A DNA stretch of 39,139 nt, from sequence record SRR20825019_1774; one strand, written 5' to 3'. A model generated the notes under the pieces. It saw only the letters and a list, made by a program, of their open reading frames with translations, had not been told where the DNA came from and searched no databases. Below, piece after piece: positions 1-10,800 of this stretch (within the stretch, counting starts at the first letter, position 1; each line of letters opens with the position of its first letter). The position numbers were made by a program, and so were the translations under genes.

Positions 1-24
1 GGGGGGGGGGGGGGGGGGGGGGGG
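1..24. repeat. Poly-G homopolymer at contig start
   Basis: 24 consecutive G. It lies in what appears to be an intron of the GNAT gene (acceptor ctcctgcag ending at 53). Confidence 0.9.
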
Positions 25-53
25 CAGTAGGGCTCACCTGTTCTCTCCTGCAG

Positions 54-489
54 TGCAGAAGCACTTTGTGGAGACGCCCGGAAAAATGTTCTTCGTCTGC
101 TATGATGTAGAGACGTGAGTGAACCCTGCAGGAGTGCACTTGTGGTTGGCTGACCTCCTCGGGCCAGGGACGAGGTGGTGGGGTGTGTGGGGCTGGACAA
201 GCATTCGGACACCTGTGGGGAGCTTACGTGCATGAGTGTGTCGGAAAACCACAGACGACGGGGTATTGGCGCCATGCTGACACGGGCTCTGGAGGACCAC
301 GCACGGTCAATCGGCTACAAGGAAGTCATGCTTGGCACACTGAATATCTTCACGGCGGCTAGGGGGCTGTACGAGAAGCAGGGGTATGCGCTACAGAAGA
401 TGTTCGAGCCGGAGCAACCGGAATTTCGGGACAAGTTTCTGCAGTTCAAAGGAAAGATATGTCACTACACAAAGCAGTTGCCCAGATAG
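54..489 (+). CDS. GNAT-family N-acetyltransferase (NAT8/camello-like), 5'-partial, at least 2 exons
   Basis: Exon 54-114, intron 115-167 (gtgagt...gctgac...ccag), exon 168-489. Translation VVGCVGL...ELTCMSVSENHRRRGIGAML contains acetyl-CoA motif A (RxxGxG) and the motif-B-like AARGLYEKQGY. Confidence 0.85.
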
Positions 490-517
490 TAAATTCGCAA
501 GAAAACATGTCGAGGGT

Positions 518-2570
518 TTACGGGAAAATGCCGGTGATTTCGTGGGACTGGTGGATCTTCTCCATCGAGATCTTGTAGGACGCCTCGCGCATGGACATCT
601 CGGGCTGCAAAACACGAGTCAGGACGGGCGAATATGATAGGGACGTTGGCGGCCTGTACTCACGTCGGCAGCCTGGGCATCCTTGATGGCAGCGTAGGCA
701 GTGATCATAGCGTCCTCGAGGGAGGACCGGATGATGTCCAGCTCGTCGGCGCCACGTACAATGAGGGCGCGGTCGTACTCATTGAGGGGACGCTGGATGC
801 AGTCCTCCATTGCCTCGACCAGGGACTTGTTGGAGCCTTCCTCGTGGCGCTTAGTCTGTGGGACCGGTCAGCGTCACATCAGAACCAGAACAATGCAGGC
901 ACGGGGCGCCGCCTACTCACCAGGCGGCCATAGCGGACATGGGCAAGGTTCTTAAGCCACTCAAAGTACGCCGCAATGGCGGCACCACCAGCAAGGAACA
1001 CATCAGGAACAATCACCACACCCTTCTTCTCGAGGATGACCTCGGCGTTGGCAGACACGGGGCCGTGGGAAGCCTCACCGATGATCTTGGCGCAGACGCT
1101 ATGGGCATTGTCTGTGCGGATCACACGCTCGAGGGCGCAGGGCACCAAAATATCACAGGGCAGCTCCAACGCCTGCGGAGCAAGGGAAGAGAGGTGTTAG
1201 CTCAGCAGTGGGCCCCGGTACGCCGCAAAAGAGTTCCGCTCACCATCTGGGGCTTGTGGAATGAGGCAGTTCCTGGCATACCGGCAAGCTTGCCGGTTGC
1301 GTTCTTGTGCTTCCAGCACTCGTCGGGGTCCAGGCCGGAGTGGGCATAGCCCGCGGGCTTGCAGATTCCGCCGCTCTGGTCGGCAATACCAATGATTTGG
1401 CAGCCGTTTTGGTGCATCAGCTTCGCCGTCCTGTATCCCACCTTGCCAAACCCAAGGATGACCACCGTCTTTCCGGCCAGGCCGGGCGAGAGGCCGGTCT
1501 TCTGCAGCACCGACTCGTCGCTGAGGACCTCCTGCATCCCAAACAAGACTCCCAGGCCGGGCGCGTTATCACCGCCCTGGATTCCGTTCTGACGGGAAAT
1601 CTTGCCCACGGCAGAGCCGGAGGCATTCAGGTCTGTCATGTTGAAAGCGGTGTAGGTATCTGCGATCCACACCATCTCACTAGGACCAGTCTGGAAGTCG
1701 GGGGTGGCCTGAGGAAGGAGCGTCAGAGTTTAGCAACACCTTGGCCACCAACGAATACACTTACAATAGCCACGCCGGGGCCGTGCATTCCCTTTTTCAC
1801 CAGCTCAGAAGTAAAACGACGAACGATGTGCTCGCGGTGGAACCGGGTCCTGTTGGCAACCTCGGCCTTGATGCCCGCAGCACCACCTGCAACTCGTCAG
1901 CACAGCTAGCCAACCCAGCGTGACCATGGGCCATGGCCATGGCGTTCGTCCCCGCCTACCTCCGAACGGAAGATTGAAAAGAGCGCACTTGATGGTGTTC
2001 AACGCGGCGAGGGCGGTGATCTCGTCCTGATCTACTCCGGAGCTGATCCGGAAGGAGGTCAAAACAGGCTGCCTATGGCGGCTGTGCTGCACCTGGAACG
2101 CCTCCAGGCACTCCATATCCAGGTCGTCTCCCTGCACAAGCCGCATTAACACCATGCAGGTGGCACGAGTCCAACGACCCACCTTATCCAAGGGGAACAC
2201 GACTCGATATATGGACTGGGGCTCCTGCAGCATTTTCCATACGGACGCAGGGGTTGAGGAACACTCGGCGCCATCCTCGATGAACCTACGCACGCTCTGC
2301 CAGAACTCATTCCCGCCTTTCCTGAAGAGGGGACCCAGCTTCTGGGGAGCGGTTTGATCGACAAGCTCTTCCTTCGGGATTGGCTTGGAGCGCTTGCCTG
2401 CATTAGTTGCAAGGTCAGAAATAGGCCCAAACAATACGAGCGGGATGCGCACTTTCAGTTGTGCGGGATGCCACCTGGGTAAGCATGGACGGGTTTGCAG
2501 CGGACAAGCTCTTAGCGGACTGAAGAGCGAGGCCGGCCCCATTCTTACGGATCAGCTGCTGAACCAACAT
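518..2570 (-). CDS. Glutamate dehydrogenase-like protein (GLUD/ELFV family), about 8 exons, probable mitochondrial presequence, active-site residues substituted
   Basis: Spliced exons give QHSRHRQP...KCALFNLPFGG, PDFQTGPSEMVWIADTY, GKTVVILGFGKVG, ELPCDILVPCALE, YFEWLKNLAHVRYGRL, GADELDIIRSSLEDAM, all colinear with animal/ciliate-type GDH. ATG at 2570 begins MLVQQLIRKNGAGLALQSAKSLS (no acidic residues). Stop TAA at 518-520. Confidence 0.85.
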
Positions 2571-3611
2571 GGTGACAACAAAATGATCTGTTCAACCACG
2601 ACGCCTAAGAATATTCACAGCGCCTTATGCGGCTTGCATTTATAGCCTTGCAAGTGGGACAAGCTTGCTTGGCACGGAGGAATCAGCGTGACGAGGCACA
2701 GCAGCCTGCATGCTGCTCGCGCACCTAAGGCCTTGCGGGGCCGGTGGCCGTGCCCCACCAACTGGTAAGGGACTTGACCGCGCGGCACGCGGCGGAGGCG
2801 GGCCCCGAGTCGGTCTTGCGATGGTGTGTGCCGAGTCAGTCGGCCGAGCACGTCACTCCGCATCATCGGTCGAGCACGGGCGAGTCGGGGACTGGTGGCC
2901 GCCGGCCAGTGCGGCGGCCCACGGCCCGGGCGGCGTCACCGGTGAGGGCCGATCTCACCTGAGATCATCAGACGTTGAGGATGGCCACGGCCATCCTCGA
3001 CATTTGAAACTTGACCTAATCCCAATCATCATCAGGCGGGCCGCCGTTCCGCCACCAATACTTGGATCAGTAGCACGCAAACGGTCGCCCGCCCCCCACC
3101 CCACATGCCGCAGCAATTGTACAGTAATTGTAATTGTGACTTCGACCATACACCATGCACCAGAAGGCTGGTAGGGTGGGGCTGTGACGTAGCATAGACG
3201 TCCTTGTGGTTTCCGTTGCCAGTCTCGACTCTTGCCAGGAACCAAATCGGTTGGCCCCCCCACCCGGTGACGCCCCGCTTCAGACCATTGCCACAACTGC
3301 GGTTTGCTCGGGGCCTGCCGCTCCAGTCGCCGTCCGTGCGACCGGACGAGAGTCATCAGCCACCCCGGTAGTAGCCTTGGAGCGGTCATTGGCACCCGGC
3401 TCCGTTTCCGCCAAGGCAAAGGGCCAACGGTGTGAACCCTGACACAAGAACGAAGAATGGTTCGGGAAACCAGTCGCAGGTGTGTGCTTTTTAGAGTGGC
3501 TGGCAGCAGTGCACCACACGCCTTGCAAATAAGAGTGCCCACCCATCAAGGTATGCATATCAGCGAATAGGAGCACAGGGAGCCAGTGCGAGCCGTCCTG
3601 TGCGCCGCAAG
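2571..3611. promoter_or_regulatory. GC/CpG-rich divergent intergenic island (GDH-like / PAS gene)
   Basis: Head-to-head genes, GC-rich block ~2730-2950, CCAAT at 3022 and 3055, inverted repeat gatctca-cc-tgagatc at 2951-2966. May contain unrecognised 5' exons of the PAS gene. Confidence 0.55.
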
Positions 3612-6600
3612 ATGAAAAAGACTAACAAGGAACCAGATAAAGGCAAGGGAAAGGTGTCCTTGCAGACGGAAGATGCACAGGCCACTTTGTTCGGAACGCT
3701 TTTGCAGTCATACCGACAGGCTATAGTTATCATAGACAGCCGGGGAGTCATGATCGTAGTTTCACAGTCCGCGTGCGAAATGTTTGGTTACGAAGAGGAT
3801 TATCTACTCGGGAAGAACGTGACTGAGATCATGCCAGAGCGCTTCGCGCCCGACCACACCTCGTTCATTCAAGCATATTTGCAAACTGGTATTAAGAAGG
3901 TCATCGGGATGCAGCGGGTGATTCCCGCTCTCCGTGTCGGCGAGGAAGAGTTCCCTGTACAGATAGCGCTCTCCGAGATGGTGATAGACGATGAGCACTA
4001 CTTCTGCTCCATATTAACAGATGTGACCGAGCGCGTGCGTGAGGAAGAACGCCTCGCGCTGAGCGAGGAAAAGGCAAAGTCCATAACGGACGTTGTCAGG
4101 GACGGTATGAAAACCTCTTGGGTGACTAGGATTGTTAGGAAACTGGCTCACTTCGACTTGCAGGTATCGTGACGTGCAACTTTAAGGGTATTATCAATGG
4201 GATGAACTCCTCTGCCGAGGCGATGTTCGGGATTGAGCGGGAGGACGCTATCGGGCAGAATGTGAAAGTTTTCATGCACGATGAAGACGCCAAAGTGCAC
4301 GACGAAATGCTAGCGAGGTACCGACAGACCGGTAAGAAGGTTCGCATCGACCACCTGACGGCTATCCGGGCGAAGCGAATGGACGGGGAGGAGTTTCAGG
4401 CGGAGATTCGAGTAACTGAAGGCCTCGTTTCTGGTAGTGTGGTTTATATGGCGCACATTCATGAGTGCACCACTCAAATCCTCGAGGAGGAACAGGCCAA
4501 AAATCACGAGACCACGATGGAGCATATCATTGACTCGATTGCCGATGGAATTGTGACGATCGATGAGTACGGAATCATTCAGTACGCGAATCGTGCCGCT
4601 CTCAGCATGTTCCAGTTCCAGAGCGAGCACGCGATGCTGAAGAGAAACGTGAAGATCCTGATGCCTAACCCGTACCGCGACGATCACGATCTCTACCTGG
4701 AAGCCTACCGGCGAACGGGGGAAGCCAAGGTGATTGGGCAGAAAAGGGGACGCGACGTTCAGGGTATCCGCACCGACCATACCGTCTTCCCCCTGAGAAT
4801 TACGATAACAGAGGTATACGTCGGGGGAGTGCGCTTGTTTTCGGCTACGTTGCATGACACCACCGAGCAAAAGAAGAAGTTTGAGGCCATCTGTAAGAGC
4901 GAGGACAAGATACGTGGCTTGATAGAAAACAACGCCGATTGCATCGTGACCATCAACGAGCGGGGGGAGGTTGATGCGATGAACGATGCCGGCCTGCAAA
5001 TGTTTGGGTACACACTCTCGTATCTGCGCGGCAAGAACGTGAGCATTCTCGCTCCGGAACCTTATCGATCAGAACACGATGAGTACTTGGAGGCGTACCT
5101 CCGCACTGGTGTGAGGAAGGTTATTGGCCTGAGCCGTGCCGCCGAGGTGGCGGCCATCCGGAAGAATGGCGAGACGTTCCCCATCGAGATTGCAGTCAGC
5201 GAGGCAGTCGTGGGATCGCAGCGCTATTTTACCGCGATCATCCGCGACATTACTGATCGAATTTTGCGGGAAACGGAGTTGAAGCGCTCCGAGGAGCGCG
5301 TGCGATCATTTTTTGACACTGCCGCGGACGGCATGATGAGCATCGATGAGTACGGTGTTGTGGTCGCCGCGAACAAGTCAGTGACGCGAGTGTTCCAGTT
5401 TGAGGCATCCGAAATCATCGGAAACAACGTGTCCATGCTGATGCCATCCCCATACCGCGAGGAGCACGACTCGTATGTCCGCCGGTACGCCACGACAAGA
5501 AAGGCCACGGTGATGGGCATGGGGGCACAGGAGGTTACCGGGATGCGCAAGGATGGAAGCGTGTTCCCGCTGCAGCTTACGCTATCGGAGGCAATCGTTG
5601 GGTCCCAGACGCTGTACACCGGCATACTCCGAGATATCACTGATAGGAAGATTCAAGAGGAGGAGCTACGGGCTGCAGAAGAAAAGGTGAAGGCCATTCT
5701 GGACACTGCCTGTGATGGAGTGGTCGTCATGGACCCCTCGGGCATTATTGAGACGTTTAATGCGGCCGCGGAGACCATGTGGGGCTATGCCTCGCATGAG
5801 GTGATCGGGAAGAATGTGAACATGCTGATGCCTGAACCGTATGCTTCCAACCACGACTCATACCTGAATGCATACGCCATGACTGGAGAGAGAAAGGTGA
5901 TAGGTTTCAACAGGCAGGTTTCGGCTTGTCGGAAGTCCGGCGAGGTATTTCCGGTGGAGATTGGCGTGGCAGAGGTGCATGCGGGATCGCGCAAGGTTTT
6001 CACTGGAATAGTGCGTGACATTTTGGCCAAGGTGCAGCTCGAAGAGGAGCTTGCGAAGCGTGAGAACCGCCTCCGGGGTGTGATTGAGAGTGCCTCGGAT
6101 GGCGTCGTGGTGATTGATGATATGGGCGAGATAATGTCTTTCAACCATGCAGCCGAGAAAATGTTTGACCGGTTAGAGCCCGACACGACCGGGCAGAATG
6201 TGCGCATTCTGATGCCGTCGCCTTATGATAGTCAGCATGACGGTTACCTTAAAGCGTATCGGACCACCGGTATTCGCAAGATCATTGGGAATACACGCGA
6301 GCTGATTGCAAGGCGCTCGGACTCCAGCGTGTTCCCCGTGGAGGTGTCTGTCTCCGAGTCGATTGTGGGTAGCACCCGGCAGTTCACTGGAATAATCCGC
6401 GATATAACAGAGCGAAAGCACGCTGAGGAGAAGCTTAGAAAAAGTGAGGAGCGGATGAAGCTCATGATGGAGAACGCCATTGATGGTGTAATTTCTATTG
6501 ACGAGACTGGCACCGTTGTCGCTGCGAACCCCGCTGCCAACAAAATATTCGGGTATTCTCGGGGTGATCTGGACGGTGAAAACGTCAATATCCTCATGGG

Positions 6601-7867
6601 CGAGCCCCACCGTGGCAAGCACAATTCTTACATCAAGCGGTACGTGCAGACGGGCATCAGGCATATATTAGGGAAGAAGATGAATGAGGTGCGCGGGCTT
6701 AAGCGGGATAACACCGAGTTCGATCTTGCCTTGTCAGTATCAGAATCCACCGTTGGGTCGAGCCGCGTGTTTACTGGGATTGTCCGTGACATCACAGAAG
6801 CAAAGCAGAATGAAATGCGCGTAAAGGCCCGTGAAGAAAAAGTGAGGTCTCTCTTTGACGAAGCGCTGAAGGGTGTTATAGTGACGGACAACGTTGGTAC
6901 GATTCAAGAAGTGAACGCGTACCTGTGCAAGGTGCTGGAATACACCCCAACAGAATTGATCGGACAGAACGTTTCCATCCTGATGCCATCCCATATTGCG
7001 GAGGTCCACACACAGTTTATGGAGGCGTACACGGAGTCTGGCATTGCTCGCAGATCGGGAAAGGTAACGATGGTCACAGCTATAACTTCAAAGGGAAAAC
7101 CCAAGGACATGGAGATTGGGTTGTCAGACCTCGGCGCCAAGGCCAACTTTGTTGGCATTATGCGGGATGTCACAGTGCGTGTGAAGCATGAAGTGCCGAT
7201 CAGCATGGAGGTTCGCCTCGTGCACAAACCTCGGCCGGTCATCGAGGAAGGAGAAGTTCACTTTTCTGGAAGTGAGACTCTCTTTGAGAGCTCCCTTCCC
7301 GGAAAGTCATTGGACGGGCGGAGCGTCCGTCTGCCCCGCAAAGTCAATATGGTGCTGTCCCTCGATGATCTTCAAACATGGTCTGGATACGCGAACATTG
7401 ATGAGTCCGACCCCTTGGACAATCTGAACAACATCCTCCCCCCTGGTGTGTCAGCGGTGGAGAGAATCGCTGAAGGAGAAAAAGCCCGTGACAATAAGCC
7501 GCTGTTTGCACACGGTTCGGGCAGGAGCGAAGGGACGACGACGCACCGATCAGGGGCTGGCTCCAGTAGGGCTGCACCTGTAGTGACCATGAATCGGGGG
7601 TCGGTGTCGACCTGGAATGCGCCTGGCGGTGCGGAACAGAGTATGATGAGACAGCCCGTCGGTAGTGGCCTCGACAAGTACATGCCCGCGTACACACGTG
7701 AGTCATCAGTCAGGAGTGGCAGTGTCCTGAGGGCCCCGAAGTCGTCGCGGATTATCTCCGAGCCGTCCACCTTCAACGTAGCTAGCGCGCCACCGCCTGC
7801 GGCGAGCCAGCAGCCAAGCGTGTCCACTGGCTCCTATATGCATGGGGTGCCGAATCCCAAGCCCTGA
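3612..7867 (+). CDS. Multi-PAS protein with nine tandem FixL-like (heme-type) PAS/PAC domains and a low-complexity tail, ~1398 aa
   Basis: Exon 3612-4104, intron 4105-4163 (gtatga...ttgcag), exon 4164-7867. Nine repeats of DG(I/V)xxID..G...NVxxLMPxP....H..Y...Y..TG....IG...RDIT. The start could extend upstream. Confidence 0.9.
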
Positions 7868-7896
7868 GTAGCTGTGCATGGAGGTTTTAGAACGAC

Positions 7897-10800
7897 CTAG
7901 TTGATAATGGGCGCCATCTCATCGGGTTGGATGTGGGCCCGAGCCGTGTTTCTGGGATACAACACCAGACTGCAGTGCATTGACTCAATAAAGATATCCT
8001 TTGAAGTACACAATTCTAGTTTAGTCTTATGTACGTGCAGTGTGCCACACGTTGCTTTGCTGCGACGGGCGTAGCTTCCTTCCGCCCCTCGGTCTTCCAC
8101 CGCGAGGCCGGTCCGTCTTCATTCCCACTGATGGAGGATATGCCATGTGTGATGGCTCCTTCCGTACTGGCTTCCTGTATACCACTTCGGTCTGTTTCGG
8201 ACGCAAACGCTTCTTATCATATATAAGTTTCGTATTTGCCAGTAGCAACTCCCTCGCGGACAGCATGGGAGGAAGCCGCTTACTTCTGACCAACCTTCGT
8301 TTCACGACCTTACGACGGCCCTTGAGGTAGTCGACCACGTGGCCTGGGAGGTGCATGCCCTGGTAGTACACCAGGTGCTCTTCCTCGTGACCCGGATCCT
8401 GACCAACCTCGGGCTCCTCGGCAATCTCCTCTAGATTCAGCGGTTGTACCCCGGGAGGCGGCGCCTTCTTTCCTGCCGGACGATCGCCTTTACCTTGGGC
8501 TTTGGCTTTGGGAATCTCCTCCTGGATCTCCTCCTGCACTTCCTCAGCCTCAGTGTTCTCAGGCGCCCTCGCTGCCTTCTTCAGGCTTTTGTAGTCGCCC
8601 AAGAGCGATTCCAGGGCAGATGACATGTCGGATTCCCCTAAGGTCGTGCGAGGGGCATCCATGTCGATGTCTGTCGTCAAGGCCTCCTCCACCTCAGGAC
8701 CGGCAGCTGTTTGCCACTGCCTAAACTCCGGCAGGTCAATTATGCCGTCCTGATTATCATCATACCTATCGAATATGGCCGCAACGTCTTCTTCGGCATG
8801 CGGAAGGCCAGATTTTGCAAGGAACGCGCCTACGTCAGCTCTGTCCAGGCCTCCCTTCCCCACCTTGTCGAGCTCCCAAAACGTCTCCTCTATTGCATCC
8901 ACGGGCTTTCTCTCTGATGTCTCATCGTCCTCGGGTATTCCCACCGTGGCTGTCCCTCGGGTGAGTGCCACCGAGGGCCGATGACTGCGGACTCCCAAGT
9001 CCGATAATGAACCCTTCCGAGATATCGCCTCCTGCGATTGTAGCGCCATAAGGATCATCATGTCCTTCTGGGCGATACTGTTCGACCGCTTAACCCGCCC
9101 CGTGCCCGGGCCAGCTCCACCAACGCCCCCATTTGCGGAACTCTCTTGAAGATCAACCTGACTCATCTCCACGGATGGCTCCATCGACCCTAAGGTCATA
9201 CCAGACTCTTCGCCATTCACGCGCCGTTGTAGCTTCGCTAGCAACGCACTTCGATTCGCCATCATGTTGGCCTCCCTCGCGGCCTGCCGCTCCTTGTTTC
9301 GTGCCTGCATGATCATAAGCAGCATCTTCTGTCTCTTGGCGTTTTGTTCACGTGCCTCGGCCTCTTTCGCCTCCTTGCGTGCCGACTCGCGCTTCACAAA
9401 TAGCCACCTTTCCTCACGTTGCTTCCTCTGCTCACGGATGTACATCTGTTGCTCGTAATCGATCTGCTTTGCACTCATCTCCGCGGCGGCATTATCTACG
9501 TCCAACGACTCCTGGGACTGTGGGGCAACCTCCCGCCCGGTTGACACGAAGGTGTACGACGGGCCGCACGCCACAATCATCGGCTCTAGACCAAGCAAGT
9601 TGTCCACGACATGAGGAAACATCTTAGATTCAGGAGCCGCACCGGAGACCCCGAGCTGACCCTGTTCGCCCAACCCCCAGGTGTTGACAAAGGAGTGGCC
9701 TTCGTCATTCTCAGTGATTGCCGCGCTGTGCCATTGACCACATGACACATCCACGACCTTGCCGTCCGTGAAGTAAGCGACATGAACAGGGACCTTCTTG
9801 GTCGCAGTGCTGCCGTGACCAAGCTGGCCGAGGTGCCCGAGTCCCCAGGAATACACCTGATTGTCTGCCGTCAGAGCAACATTGTGGGCGAATCCACAAG
9901 AAATTTTCATGACGAATACTCCAAGGTCCTCGAAAGTGTCCACCCTGTGAAAATCATTAGCACGCCAGACGACAATGGGACACGCTGCCGTCTTTCTTAC
10001 CTGCATGGACTTGTCTTCATCTCCAGGCTGTTGATGCCCAGCCTCCCATCGTCGCCCAGACCCCACGAGTACACAAATCCTGCCACTGTCACCACCACAG
10101 TGTGGTGGGCACCAGTTGCAATATCAACAACACGGGCGTCAGAAAGGTCGTCCACCTCCATGGGTGTGGGCATGCTCTCCAGATTCCCATGGCCAAGCGC
10201 ACCGACACGTCCATTGCCCCAGGTGAACACCTTCGTCACCTCGTTTCCAGCCACCGCAACAACACAGGTCGTGTGCTCCTCGCCACATGCCACGGCCACA
10301 ACTTTCTGGCCTTTCAACGCCTCAACCATTCGAGGCGCATACTCATTCTGCTGCTTTCCATGACCCAGCTTAAAGTTTGCGCCGGATCCCCAGGTGAATA
10401 ACTGTCCGCTGTCGGTGGCAGCAGCCACGTGATCGCTGCGGGTGCTAATCTTTACAACCATTCTCCGTGAAAGACTGGAAATGGATTCTGGTTCGAACGA
10501 CAACGTCCGCTCCTCTCCGCATCCAAGCTCGCCCGACTTGCCCTTGCCCCAAGACAACAGATCCCCAGTTTCCTTCAATACAACGACAAACGTGTATCCA
10601 CAAGCAACGTTTCTGAACGAAAAGGGTTTGGAACCGAACTCGATTTTCATCGGACGGGCAGAGAACTTGTCGTGGGGGCCATTGCCGCGACCCAGTTGGC
10701 CGTACATTCCTGTTCCGCACGAGAATAGTGACAGCGGAAGTATGCCGCGGGCACCCATCGCCTTCTCCCTTTCCTTGGTCTTTGTGTCCCGCATCTGTTC

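Noticed and set aside
1-24. Terminal G/C runs as telomeres or terminal inverted repeats of a linear element or nanochromosome
   Set aside because: Pure homopolymers with no telomeric unit. The left end cuts a gene within an intron and the content is ordinary nuclear housekeeping genes.
4164-7170. PAS gene as bacterial contamination or a tandem-repeat assembly artefact
   Set aside because: It has an in-frame spliceosomal intron (4105-4163), repeats are strongly diverged from one another, and it fits the local gene arrangement.
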